Positions 19,573 to 29,900 of a stretch of 50,418 nucleotides of DNA are shown in pieces (the stretch's first letter is position 1; each line of letters begins with the position of its first letter). This stretch comes from Thermoflexales bacterium. Lineage in GTDB: Bacteria > Chloroflexota > Anaerolineae > J036 > Brachytrichaceae. Location: positions 1 to 50,418 of the forward strand of contig JBDSIP010000131.1 in the NCBI GenBank assembly GCA_039917915.1, read 5' to 3'. Position numbers and translations under genes: made by a program. A model generated the notes under the pieces. It searched no databases. It saw only the letters and a program-made list of their open reading frames with translations, and was not told the DNA's origin.

Positions 19573-19595
19573 TCGGAGGGACAGATGCCCTCCGA
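19573..19595 (-). promoter_or_regulatory. Conserved 5'-leader hairpin upstream of B1
   Basis: tcggaggg-acagatg-ccctccga: an 8-bp stem and 7-nt loop, 33-55 nt upstream of the ATG. The copy-2 counterpart at 39265-39291 has the same CGGAGGG/CCCTCCG core and a 7-nt loop. Confidence 0.55.
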
Positions 19596-19619
19596 AGCCG
19601 TATTGTTTGCTGACGGCCG

Positions 19620-19653
19620 GTTATACGCTGAATTGGGGCGCCGGAACTCTCAC
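19620..19653 (-). promoter_or_regulatory. Candidate promoter footprint for B1-A1 (minus strand GTGAGAGTTCCG-N16-TATAAC)
   Basis: Two blocks are conserved with identical 16-nt spacing in both copies, amid otherwise diverged sequence. The TATAAC block sits exactly 80 nt from the ATG in both copies (19620 vs 19540; 39314 vs 39234). The -35 match to TTGACA is poor. Confidence 0.35.
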
Positions 19654-19797
19654 GGTCCGGCGCTCGTCTCTCAAGCTGACCCGCGTCGCATGTTTTGGGC
19701 GACGAGCAGGGATGCCGGCGCGCGCCAACCATGAACCTGTCCCATTTTAGGCAAGTTGGGGAAAAACGCGAGGGGGTGGGTCTGCAACAATTTTGCC

Positions 19798-19837
19798 CGT
19801 CATCCCGCGCGAACTCCCCGCCTGCGCGAGGATGATG
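19798..19837. repeat. REP-like palindromic unit (diverged copy)
   Basis: cgtcatcccgcgcgaactccccgcctgcgcgaggatgatg has 3 mismatches to the 40-nt unit at 21-60 and 176-215. Confidence 0.75.
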
Positions 19838-19958
19838 GGGGCCCCATACCGCAGCCGTGCGGAATAGCGGCCGCCCCCTGTCTGAATCACGGATGGACAC
19901 GGAGGCTGCGGATTGCACGGAAGGGCTCGTGACGGCAGCGGGTCGCCGCCGCCAACGC

Positions 19959-20049
19959 CGGTCATCCCACGCGACAGCACGGGACCCACCTCAGCACCGT
20001 CATCCCCCGCGAAAGCGTGGGATCCACACGTAACGCAGTGAAACACGCG
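19959..20049. repeat. REP-like elements at the duplication junction / 3' flank of A2
   Basis: ggtcatcccacgcgacagcac...ccgtcatcccccgcgaaagcgtgggatccacacgtaacgcagtgaaaca. The inner hairpin is CCCCGC-GAAA-GCGTGGG (one C/T mismatch). Collinear with 111-246 except for a 66-bp extra unit in copy 1. Confidence 0.75.
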
Positions 20050-23000
20050 TCATCGCCCCACCACCGGAAGATACATACGTGCGGCCGGGCCGGCAGTGGT
20101 CTGCCCCGCGATGTCACTCAGCGCGCCTTCGGTCAGCACCGGCACGCCCGCCCCGGCGAAAACCACCCGCGCGATCGGGCCCGTCCCCGACGGACCGGCC
20201 GGCGCCGTGCCCAGGCTGAAGGCGGCAACCACGAGCGAACCGGCCTGATCGTCCTGCGACAGCGCCTGGAAGGTTCGCCCGCTCTGAGTCACAAACGCGC
20301 CGAGTTCGATCGAGGTCACGCTCAGCCCGGCCGGGTAAGTCAGCCTAAGTTGGAAGGCACCGAGGTTGAAGACGCCGTTGGCCCAGATCGTGGCCGTGAC
20401 CGGCCCGGCTGGCCCGCCTTCAACCACCACCGACAGCGCGTCCAGCCCCGTTGTCTGGGGCGCGCGCGGGAGCGCCCACTGGTTGCAGTCGGTGTTCCAG
20501 CGGGCCGAGATCGTCTGCACGTCCTGGATATCCACCCGCCCGTTCGCGTTCAGGTCGTAGCTCGCGCCATACAGCGGGTCGCCACTCTCCGAATTCCAGC
20601 GATAGGCGATCACCTGCACGTCGTCGATGCGGATATAGCCGTCCATCACGTAGTCGCCGACGCAGCCAGGCACGGGCGTGCCAGTCGCCGTTGGCGTGGG
20701 GGTGTGGGTGCGGGTGGGCGTGGGCGTGCGGGTCGGGGTCGGGGTGCGGGTGGGTGTGCTGCTCGGCGTGTGGGTAGGCGTGTGGGTTGGAAGGGGGGTG
20801 AGCGTTGGCGCCGGCGTTTGGGTAGGTGTTGCCGTAGGCCGCGGATGCTGCGGATCGACGATGACGACCGTCCGGCTGTAGACGTTGATGTTGCCAAACG
20901 GATCGCGGGCGATGGCGACCAACGCGCGTGGGCCGAGCGGGCCGTCGACGGTCTGGAAGCTGCCGCTGAACGTGTCGCTCAGCCCGTGCGCGGCGACCAC
21001 GCTCTCCGTGGCGCCGGTGATGACGCCCGAGCCATCAAGGTCAAAGAACAGGCGCGTCTCGACCGCGCCGCTGTCGTCGGTGACAACCAGGGTGACGTCG
21101 AGATTGTCGTAGAGCGGGACCGTCATCTCCTGGGTTGGGCTGAGATAGGTCATGCTCGGCCATTCGTAGTCCTGCGCGCCGATCGCGGGCGGGATCTCGA
21201 GGGTGAGGACCTTCGTTTCGCCCAGCCCGAGTGTCCCCGTGCTAACGGTCCGGGTATACCCACCCGGACCCAGGATAGCAGCGTCGACCGTGTAGGGCAG
21301 CCCCCGACCTGTCAGGTGAATGGTCAGCGTCTGCGGCCGGTGGCCGGTGATGAAGGCCACCCCGGTCCCGGCGCCGTCGCCGATCCAGTAGCTGTCCGGA
21401 ATGGAGTTCTTTGCGCCGTCCGCGTCGGAGTAGCCGACCTGGCGCCCGAGCTCATCGGTGACATAGCCATCGACCGGATCGAAGATCACCGACGACCACC
21501 AACCCTGGGCTTCGATCGCGCTCTGGAAGATACCGCGCGCGTACTGGAGCGCCTGCTGGACAGCGCCGGTCTGCTGGGGATTCAAGTCCTGGTCGAAGAC
21601 GCCCTCCTCATTGACCAGAAAGGCTCCCATTTCCTTGTAGGTCTGGGTATACACCGCCGCTGAGGTCTTGTGTTTGTTGGTCGACACGAAAGCCGGGTTG
21701 GGATTCGGCACGTTCAGCACGCTGAGCATGGCGAGCTGGGTGCGCTTGTCGTACATGAGCGGCAGGTGCTGAATGCCGGCAAATTCGGAGATGACAACTT
21801 TGGAACTGATGCCGGCGCCGCTTCCGTTCATGAACGGACCGGTGGCCGAGCCAAAGGGCACCGTCCCATCACCGCGTTTGGCGAAGCGCATGTCAAAGCT
21901 CGCGTCCGCGGGCACGCTCTTCTGGTTCGCGGACCACGCTTCGCCCGCTCCGGCGCAGCGACCCACGAAGTCGTTGAAGGCAAGGATGTCGGAGGCTGCG
22001 GCCTTGCCGGCCGTGCCGTCGACGCCCACCGCGTTCAGGATGAACTCGATCCGAGCAAGAATGATCTGCAGCCGCTCGAGCGCGTCCGGGGTTGCCACGT
22101 CGTTGATCCAGGTGCGGATCTGCTGGACCGAGGCAAGCGTGTCGCTGGTCATCGCCAGACAAGTTGCAGTCGGGTCCTGGCGCTGGCGCGTCCACAAGGA
22201 CGTGTCGGACTGCGATCCGGCGAAGACATACAACTTGCCGGTCAGAGACGCCAGAACAATGTTGGCCGCCGACGAGGCCGGCGGAATAGCCTGCCCGCCA
22301 TTGAGATCCAGCAGTAAGTGGTTCTGATACTGCAAGGCCCCGGTGATGACGCCCAGCCCTTGCAGCCCGATGCCGGTCTCGTTGAGGCCGACAAACGGAT
22401 AGGTGGCCAGCATGCTGTTCAGGGTCGGCACATACTGGCTGATGAAGTCCCGGTTGCGGATCAGCGTGTCCGTGCTGAGGGAACCCGCGCTGATGCCATA
22501 ATCGGGGCCGGCGATGACGTTGGCCGGGTTGGTCTTAACGAACAGATACTCGGCGTAAACAAGCCGCGACAACAGGAAACGCATCACGGCGTTGTCGCGC
22601 CAATTGTCGATGACGCCACTCCATGAGCGCGTGTCGCCCATGTTGGGGACGCCGGCCAGAATGAGGTTGCGGATGCCCGGAAGAGTGGCCGCGCCGGGCG
22701 AACCATCGGAGAGCGGCGCGGGCGTGATGGGCCCGGCGTAGGCGTCGCTCTGGATGTAAGCCCGCGCGATGAGGCCGCCCGCGTCGTGGGCGATGACATC
22801 CACCGCGTCGAGGTCAGGCTCGCCCGGGTGGAAATACTTCCACGCGTTGGCGGCCTTTTTGAGCGCGTCGCCCAGATAGTCGACGCCGGTGGCATAGACA
22901 GCGTCGACGATGCCGTCGGCGGTCAGGCTGGAGAGATATCCGTCCGCTGCGCCGTCCGGGACAGCCGGTGGAAGGCGCCAATCGTACTTGACGACGAAAA

Positions 23001-26000
23001 GATCGCGGTCCTTTTGATACCCGAAGTTTGTCAGGGTTTGGACCACGTCGTCGTAGGCGCCCAGGATCGGATCCAGGGCGAGCGCATCGGGCGGCAGGCC
23101 GCGGGTCTTGAACCAGGCCGTGTCGCCGGTTTTTGGCCCCGTCCCAAGCAGGCCCGGGATGAGGATCACCGGCCGGCGCATTTGCGGCGCGGCCCGGACG
23201 ATGGCCTCCTGGCCGGAATCCGTCTTGATCCAGATCACGACCTCGCCGTATTTGGTGAGCCGCTCGCCGATGGTGAGATCCTTCACCGCGCCGTTCACCC
23301 CGGTGATGACGTCTCCGACGCCGATGACGCGGTAGGTATTGACCGTCGGGGTGACCGGATCGCCGGGCGCGGCCGGATACGGCAGGATGATGTCGCTTTC
23401 GAACACGGCCGGTCCCTTGATGTCGGTCCCGACGAAGGCGATGTTCATCCGGTGCTTGTCGCCCAGGACATTCCGGTTGATGGCCACTCGCTTCTCGATG
23501 TCGTAGTGGAAGATAAAGCCGCCGTCCTCGTTCGGATCGACGATGCCGTCGGCATTGACATCGTTGTGCGCTTCGCCCGGGTCGAGCTGCCCGTTGCAGG
23601 CCTGGCCGGTGATGCGATACAACTCGCGCCCGCCGGTGAGATCGGGAATTTTCGCGCGGTCCAGCGAGATGAAGGTGCCTTCGCCCGGATTTCCGCCGCC
23701 CGGCCCGCCGCCAACACCGGCCGGGTTGGCAAAGTTGCCATAGAAGCTGACCGCCTCAGACTGGCCCGAGATGCTTGGGCGCCGGCTCTTGGCGCTGAAC
23801 GCGTTCCCGGCGATTGAGGTGTTCCCGCTCAGGTCGGGGGCGAACATGGCGATCGGCGCGCTATCCGCGTCGCCCATGCGCACAACGATATTTCCGTTGT
23901 TGGCGATGACGGGCCGGAGCGCCCCGGTCGTCATCCCGATCGCGTGGTCGGCGGGAAAAGTGGCCATGCCGCCCTGCAGCGTGTTGTTGTAAAGGAAGGG
24001 GTAGACGACCTCGTTGTTGTCGTTGATGCTGCCGTAGGTCAGCATATCGCGCGTTGATCCGCCGGGCAACAGGGTGTACAGGCCCTCGTTGCCGGGCAGG
24101 CCGTTCCAGATTCGGTTGTAGCGATAGCCGTTGGCGTAATCACGGGCGATGATCTGATCGGAGTTGTTGATCTGGGCTGAGGGCCAATAGTAGGTGTAGA
24201 AGCCGTCCGTTGGTGTCAGCTTACGAACGTTGGTCACATTACTCCCGACGTAGATCGCGTCGGTGCCGGCCAGGCGGCCCACGAAGGAGACGTTCCCTTT
24301 GTCGTTGATGGACACGCCGTCATACAGCTCGAGCACGCCGTTGTCGCCGGTCCGGGCGACGACGTTGATGCCGTAACTCCCCTGCGGCGCGGGCGTCGCG
24401 CATGCGGCCGGCGGCGTGGGCGTGCCGGTAGGCGTCGGAGATGGGGACGGTGTCGGGGTCGGAATGCCGGCGATGGATGGGGAGATGGACCAGATCCCGC
24501 GCCCGTGCGTCGCCGCATACAGGCGTTGGCCCAGCCAGACGAGCTGATCGATTGACACATGGGCCGGGCCATCGGCCGGCACCCCCCAGTTTACGCCGCC
24601 ATCGTCGCTGGCGAAGATGCCGACTTCGGTTCCGGCATAGAGGACAGCGGTGTTGTTGGGATGAACGGCAAAGGCGCGCACCGGCACGTCCGGAAGGACA
24701 TTCAAACCGGTCCCGGGCAGGGTCGTCCAGATGGCGCCGCCATCGATGGTCTTCCAGACGTTAGTGTTGGTAAAGCCGCCGTAGGTGAGATAGACCACCT
24801 GGGCGCTGTTCGGATCGAAGACGATCCGGGTGAGATACCGGGTGGGTTGACCCGGAAAGGTAATGGGGGTCCAGTTCGGCGTCGCCGCCGTGCCATTGGT
24901 GGTCTTGTACAGCGCGCCTTTCTGGTGGCCGACCCAGATGACGTCTGAATTCCCGTGCGCCACCGCAATTGCGCTGATCAATTCGGTCATTGTTCCACCG
25001 GGCGCCAGCGGGGGTTTGATCGCCGCCCAGGAAGGCATTGTGACGGCGCTGCTGATGTTGAGGCTGCGCCACAATGAGGCGCCGCCGGCAAGCATCGTGT
25101 TGGAGTTGTTCGGGTCGAGGATGAAAGGCGCAATGAAAAGCGCGTTGGTCGGCGTGCGCGAATCCGTGATCTGGCCGATGTCGGGCGCGACCGGCTTGTC
25201 AATTCTGCTGGCCTGCGTCGTGCCGCCGTCCTTTGACCGGACCATCTCGAGGAAGACATACTCACCATACAGAGTGCTCGAGTCGCCTGGGTCGACGGCG
25301 ACAGATCCGCCATCGCCGCCATAGATGTAGGTCCAGTTTGGGGCGCCGCTCTTGAGCGGAGTGCCGTTGTCCTGGGCGCCGCCGAGAATGCGGAGCGTCC
25401 CGCCTCCATTGCTCGCGGCGACGCCGTAGAACTGGGTGATCTCTGGCCCAACGATATGAGTCCAGCCTGACGTGATCGTCGCGAGGTTGAGATCGTCGAC
25501 CCGGAAGAGCCCGCCGTCGTTGCCAAACCAGATCGTCCTGGTGATCACGCCGTCGTAGTCGCGCGGCGCGACGATGACGTGGTGATCCGCGTGCACGGAG
25601 ACGCCGTTGTTCTGATATTGCGACCAGCTCCCGATCTGGCTGAAGGTGACCGCGCCGTCCGTCGACCGGAAGGTATCGACCCCGCCGACGATGACGTCAT
25701 TCGGATTCACCGGGTTGACCCATATGACGTTGCCATACCAGCCCTGCCCGGCGAGAAGACTCTGGCCCGTGTTCACCAGCGCAAAGCTCGCGCCGCCGTT
25801 GACGCTCTTGTAGACCTCGCCACCGTTGTTGTTCACGGATGCATACACAATGAGCGGATTGTTCTTCGACCAGCCGAGCTCGATGCGCCCGGTTTCGGGC
25901 GGGAAGCCCGAAGAAGCGTTCCAGGTCGCGCCTTTGTTCAACGAATACTTGACCCAGCCAGCACCGCTGGCGAGCCCCCGCACGGTCGAAGTCGGATGGA

Positions 26001-26892
26001 AGAGGGCATCCAGCGTCTGCGTTCCGGGCAGCCGGTTGACCCAGGTCGATCCCTCGTCGGCGCTGTAATAGAGCCCGTTGCCGGCGCTGGGGTAGCGCCC
26101 GTCGCCGGCCGCCGACAGCAGAACGGCGCCATCGGCCGAAACGGCGAGGCGATTCACGTAGGGCATCGGCGAAGGTCCGCTCTGTGACGTGCTCGATCGT
26201 TGTGTCCAGGATTGCCCGGAGTCGTACGACACAAAGATCCCGTCACCGCGCAGCGCGTCGGCGTTGTTGAATCCCTCGCCGGTACCGGCATAAATGATGC
26301 TCCCGGTGACCGGATTGGCCGCCATCGCGTTGACGGCCAGATTGGGCAGGCTGTCATTGGCGGGGTGCCAGCCCGTCGTGTCGCTGACCCACACGCCTCC
26401 CCCCACGCCGCCGATCAGGAGCCAGTCCGGATTGTCGGGCGGAATGACGATCGACCGAATGCGGCCGCCGACATTCCTTGGGCCCTCAGAGGTCCAGGCC
26501 CCGGGAGAAATTCCGCCGACGGCAGGCGCCGGCGAAAGCCGGGTCCGGTCGCGCGCCATTGCAAACAGCGAGTTGGCCTTTGACAGCGCCTCGGGCGGGA
26601 TCTCGCCCTTTTCGTCCTGCAGTTGAAGGCGGCGGAACGCCGCGGCGAGATCCGGAAATGTCGCCAGCTCGCCGGCCTCGCCGCTCTCCACGGCCAGCGC
26701 CTCAAACTCGTCCGCCAAGATGCGCTGGATGAGCCGGGGCGTCTCCGTCATCGCCGCAATGGGCGACCCGGGGGTGGGCGATTCCGGCCCCACCGGAACC
26801 GACGATGACAAGGATGTCGCCATGAGCGCCGCGGCCAGCAGCGCGCGCGCGGCGCCCGGGCCGGTCAGGAGGTGATACGAGGATCGTTTCAT
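20050..26892 (-). CDS. Giant secreted multidomain protein A2 (2280 aa), paralog of A1
   Basis: ATG start with signal-peptide-like N-terminus. Same domain order as A1. The C-terminal two-thirds are highly similar by eye, and the N-terminal propeller is much more diverged. Ends in [12 protein letters not shown] (20053-20076). Confidence 0.9.
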   Translation of the reverse strand: MKRSSYHLLTGPGAARALLAAALMATSLSSSVPVGPESPTPGSPIAAMTETPRLIQRILADEFEALAVESGEAGELATFPDLAAAFRRLQLQDEKGEIPPEALSKANSLFAMARDRTRLSPAPAVGGISPGAWTSEGPRNVGGRIRSIVIPPDNPDWLLIGGVGGGVWVSDTTGWHPANDSLPNLAVNAMAANPVTGSIIYAGTGEGFNNADALRGDGIFVSYDSGQSWTQRSSTSQSGPSPMPYVNRLAVSADGAVLLSAAGDGRYPSAGNGLYYSADEGSTWVNRLPGTQTLDALFHPTSTVRGLASGAGWVKYSLNKGATWNASSGFPPETGRIELGWSKNNPLIVYASVNNNGGEVYKSVNGGASFALVNTGQSLLAGQGWYGNVIWVNPVNPNDVIVGGVDTFRSTDGAVTFSQIGSWSQYQNNGVSVHADHHVIVAPRDYDGVITRTIWFGNDGGLFRVDDLNLATITSGWTHIVGPEITQFYGVAASNGGGTLRILGGAQDNGTPLKSGAPNWTYIYGGDGGSVAVDPGDSSTLYGEYVFLEMVRSKDGGTTQASRIDKPVAPDIGQITDSRTPTNALFIAPFILDPNNSNTMLAGGASLWRSLNISSAVTMPSWAAIKPPLAPGGTMTELISAIAVAHGNSDVIWVGHQKGALYKTTNGTAATPNWTPITFPGQPTRYLTRIVFDPNSAQVVYLTYGGFTNTNVWKTIDGGAIWTTLPGTGLNVLPDVPVRAFAVHPNNTAVLYAGTEVGIFASDDGGVNWGVPADGPAHVSIDQLVWLGQRLYAATHGRGIWSISPSIAGIPTPTPSPSPTPTGTPTPPAACATPAPQGSYGINVVARTGDNGVLELYDGVSINDKGNVSFVGRLAGTDAIYVGSNVTNVRKLTPTDGFYTYYWPSAQINNSDQIIARDYANGYRYNRIWNGLPGNEGLYTLLPGGSTRDMLTYGSINDNNEVVYPFLYNNTLQGGMATFPADHAIGMTTGALRPVIANNGNIVVRMGDADSAPIAMFAPDLSGNTSIAGNAFSAKSRRPSISGQSEAVSFYGNFANPAGVGGGPGGGNPGEGTFISLDRAKIPDLTGGRELYRITGQACNGQLDPGEAHNDVNADGIVDPNEDGGFIFHYDIEKRVAINRNVLGDKHRMNIAFVGTDIKGPAVFESDIILPYPAAPGDPVTPTVNTYRVIGVGDVITGVNGAVKDLTIGERLTKYGEVVIWIKTDSGQEAIVRAAPQMRRPVILIPGLLGTGPKTGDTAWFKTRGLPPDALALDPILGAYDDVVQTLTNFGYQKDRDLFVVKYDWRLPPAVPDGAADGYLSSLTADGIVDAVYATGVDYLGDALKKAANAWKYFHPGEPDLDAVDVIAHDAGGLIARAYIQSDAYAGPITPAPLSDGSPGAATLPGIRNLILAGVPNMGDTRSWSGVIDNWRDNAVMRFLLSRLVYAEYLFVKTNPANVIAGPDYGISAGSLSTDTLIRNRDFISQYVPTLNSMLATYPFVGLNETGIGLQGLGVITGALQYQNHLLLDLNGGQAIPPASSAANIVLASLTGKLYVFAGSQSDTSLWTRQRQDPTATCLAMTSDTLASVQQIRTWINDVATPDALERLQIILARIEFILNAVGVDGTAGKAAASDILAFNDFVGRCAGAGEAWSANQKSVPADASFDMRFAKRGDGTVPFGSATGPFMNGSGAGISSKVVISEFAGIQHLPLMYDKRTQLAMLSVLNVPNPNPAFVSTNKHKTSAAVYTQTYKEMGAFLVNEEGVFDQDLNPQQTGAVQQALQYARGIFQSAIEAQGWWSSVIFDPVDGYVTDELGRQVGYSDADGAKNSIPDSYWIGDGAGTGVAFITGHRPQTLTIHLTGRGLPYTVDAAILGPGGYTRTVSTGTLGLGETKVLTLEIPPAIGAQDYEWPSMTYLSPTQEMTVPLYDNLDVTLVVTDDSGAVETRLFFDLDGSGVITGATESVVAAHGLSDTFSGSFQTVDGPLGPRALVAIARDPFGNINVYSRTVVIVDPQHPRPTATPTQTPAPTLTPLPTHTPTHTPSSTPTRTPTPTRTPTPTRTHTPTPTATGTPVPGCVGDYVMDGYIRIDDVQVIAYRWNSESGDPLYGASYDLNANGRVDIQDVQTISARWNTDCNQWALPRAPQTTGLDALSVVVEGGPAGPVTATIWANGVFNLGAFQLRLTYPAGLSVTSIELGAFVTQSGRTFQALSQDDQAGSLVVAAFSLGTAPAGPSGTGPIARVVFAGAGVPVLTEGALSDIAGQTTAGPAARMYLPVVGR
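20053..20484 (-). other. Cohesin-like C-terminal domain of A2 with YLP tail
   Basis: [37 protein letters not shown]...[13 protein letters not shown]...[10 protein letters not shown]. Confidence 0.6.
20485..20667 (-). other. Dockerin-like module of A2
   Basis: [24 protein letters not shown]...[25 protein letters not shown]. Confidence 0.55.
20668..20853 (-). repeat. Pro/Thr-rich linker in A2
   Basis: [62 protein letters not shown] (62 aa). Confidence 0.9.
22774..22791 (-). other. Nucleophile-elbow motif AHDAGG in A2
   Basis: The minus strand reads gcc cac gac gcg ggc ggc within [20 protein letters not shown]. The Asp codon is at 22783-22785. Confidence 0.7.
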
Positions 26893-26914
26893 CGTCTTCT
26901 TCAGGATTCACTTC

Positions 26915-26964
26915 GGGATCGACATCCCCGCCCCGGCGTACGCCGGGGCGGGGATGTCGATCCC
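26915..26964 (-). promoter_or_regulatory. Perfect ~22-24-bp GC-rich intercistronic hairpin between B2 stop and A2 start
   Basis: gggatcgacatccccgccccggcg-ta-cgccggggcggggatgtcgatccc. It lies 12 nt after the B2 stop and 22 nt before the A2 ATG. The outer stem is homologous to 7201-7241. The inner stem differs, but both arms changed together. Confidence 0.7.
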
Positions 26965-26976
26965 GAAAAAACTCTC

Positions 26977-29900
26977 TCAGCGGAGCACGCGCGGCAGATA
27001 CGCCGCGCCCGGATGGATGACCACGAGTTGGCCGCCAAACGCAGTGAGATCGATGGATAGACCCGCGACGTTGGTCGCCAGGGTATTGCTCAAGGTGAGT
27101 GTGGCCGTGCCGCTTTCGCGTGGCGCGATCCGCACCCAGGCCAGCGCTCCACTCCCGCTCGGGCCGGCCGCTGCGCCTACCGTGCTCGCCCCAAAGCGCG
27201 CATAGTCGGGGCCGAAGCGGGTCGGCACAAGGACCAGGCCGCGGCCCGTTGTCGTCAGGAAACTTCCCTGGCTGACGTGGGTGACCGTCACCTGGGCGGG
27301 GTCGAAGCGCAGCGCCACCTCATACCCGCCCAGGTTGCTCACCCCCGAGATCATTACCGCCACGGTGATCGGTTGGGTGAAGTAGGTCTGCGCGCTGCCC
27401 GGCAGGATCATCATCGTCGCGCTCCCGGGGGCCGGGGTGGGGGTAATCACCGGCCCCGTCATCGTCACCGTCGTCACGTCGCTCGAGGCCGCGCTGAACG
27501 TCCCGCTGTAGGCGCCCGTCCACGTGCCGACGCTGACCGCCGTCTGGGTCTCCACCCGGCTGGTGATGAACTCGAAGGTCTCGCCCGGCAGCAGCTCCAG
27601 CGGCATCTGGCTGAAGAGCGGGCCAAACGCGCTGTCGACTAACGTGTGAGTGGTCAGGGTGTACTCGCCCGTGTTCGTCGCCCGGTAGCAGTAGGCGATC
27701 TCGGTCGGCTGGGTGATCGTCAGCGCGTCGGTCAGGGCGCAGACCGGGTTGCCGGCTGTTGGCCAGGGTCCAACCGTCTTGGTCAACACAACCCCCACCG
27801 GCAGATTCGCCCCGGGCACGCAGGCCTCGCCTTCCGGCCGGCCAAAGGTGAACCTGTCGATGAAGACCGCGCTGTCATAGGCCGTGTCGCTGACATCGGT
27901 GACGAAAAAAGTGATCACACTGGTCGCCCCGGGAGTTAGTTCAGCCCGCGCCCGCAGCCGCGGCGTGGCGGCGTCATAGGTCGTCCCGGCCGCGTTCCCG
28001 GGCGCCGCCCCGAAAACCGAGTTGATGCTGATCCGGTTGCCGTTCTGGTCGCGCGCGATCGGCTGGCCATCGACAAACGCGTCGAAGGTGTCGTTGAACT
28101 GCGAGCCGACAAACTCGGGGAACTCCTCGGAGAAGAAGGCGAAGTCAATCGACAGGCAGGTCGCCGTTGTCGGCACGGTGAAGGTCAGGGCCAACCGGGC
28201 GTAGTCGCCCAGCCCGAAGGTGTTTGGCCCCGAGTTGGGCTGATCGGCAAAGAGCATATTGCCCGTCCCAAGATAGGCGAAGGTCGGCCCGTTTGTCGGG
28301 AAGCCGGCCAGGGTCGCTGCACCCGGCAGCGGACTTCCGACTCCGGCCTTGTTGACCAGGTCGGTCTGCATCGAGGCGCTCTGCAGGAAGGCCAGGTCGA
28401 GGCCCATCGCCCCGGCCAGATCGACGGCGCTTGGGGCGACTTCAGCGAAGTCATAGTCCGAGCCGGCCCCGCCGATGCCGATCACAATGCTGGTGATCAC
28501 ATTTGCGCCGGAAATCACCCCGCCCAGCGTGCCCGGCAGCGCCAGCCCGTTGAGATATCCGAACGGCTGGACCTCCTCGATCCAATACGTCCCGGGCAGG
28601 GCCTCGAAGGCGTAGTAGCCCTCGAAGGTGGTCCTGGTTGTCTTGTTGACCGGCTGGCTGTTGAAGTCGAACCCGCGCAGCTTGAGCGTGGCCGGGCTGA
28701 GCCCGGTCTCGCTGATCTCGCGGGTGCCGTTGCCGTTCTCATCCCAGAACACGTGCCCCGACAGGGCCGACGGCCGCTCGCCGAAGTTGTAATCGTAGGC
28801 GTCGATGATCATGTTGAAGCCGATCCCAATGATGAGGTCGTTCAGGGCGACCCCGCCCGCGCCGGTGCCGGCCCGGTCGATGCCGTCGACGAAGTTGGGC
28901 TGGGACTCGAGCAGCGAGTAGCCGCCGTTCGGGATATCACGGAAGATGTAGTAGCCCAGTGGGTCGGTCCGGGTCAGCATCAGGACCGGATCGCCCAACG
29001 TATTCTGCCCTTGCAGCGTGATCGTTACGCCGGCGATCCCGGGCTCGCCATACCCGCCGCGGTAGCCGTCGTTGTTGGCGTCGACATAGACGTAGCCGGA
29101 GAGTGTGCTGGGCGGCAGCTCGCCGAACGTGTAGGCCTGCCCAAACGAATGTTCGCCGATCACGATGCCGGTGATGCGGTCGTTGGATAGCAGACCGCCC
29201 AGAGTACCGAGCGCGTCCAGGCCATCGGCGTAACCGGCGGGCTGGGTCTCGCTCAGGGTGTAGACACCCGGCTGCAGATCGGGGAAATTGAAATATCCTC
29301 CGCCGCCCGTTGTAAAGGTCAACACAACCGGGTCGCCGATGGCCGTCGTGCCGCTCAGCCAGACCAAAACCCCTCCAATTCCAGAGTCCGGGCCAAAGGG
29401 CGACTCGAAGATGCCATTGTTGTTGCGGTCTGCAAAGACCGTGCCGACGATGCCGAACTTGCGCTCACCGAAGTTGTAGTCGACCGCATCATCTCCCCAG
29501 GTGAGATTGATCCGGCGAAACTGGTCATATCCAAGGACGCCGCCCTTGCTGCCTACATTCTCGATGCCATCGGTATAGTCTGGTGGCTGGGTTTCGGTCA
29601 GGCTGTAGATGCCCGGACGAAGCCCGGTGAAGTCGAACGAGCCCGAGGCGCCGGTGTTGGTCATATACACCGGCTCGCCCAGATCGTTTGTGCCTTCCAG
29701 GGTCACCCGGACAGGATAGATGATCTCGTCCAGACCCGCGAAAGGTGGCGTGAAGGTGCCGGTATCATCCTTGTCGTAGTAAACGTTGCCCCGCAACCGC
29801 GCCGGCCGAAGCTCGGCGAACAGATGGTTCTGCCCGAGCGCGTTGGGCGTGTAGACGATCCCGGCGATGATGTCGTTGGTGATCGGCGTTGACCAGGCGG

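Larger units (their letters stand above)
111..19980 (-). repeat. Segmental duplication, copy 1 (genes B1 + A1 with leader, intercistronic hairpin and 3' REP flank)
   Basis: Collinear with 19981-39505. Landmark offsets: A stop 247 vs 20050, A start 7152 vs 26892, B stop 7256 vs 26977, B start 19540 vs 39234. Shared flank strings: gggcacccacctca at 111 vs gggacccacctca at 19981; gtctgaatcacggat at 19880 and 39454. Confidence 0.85.
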
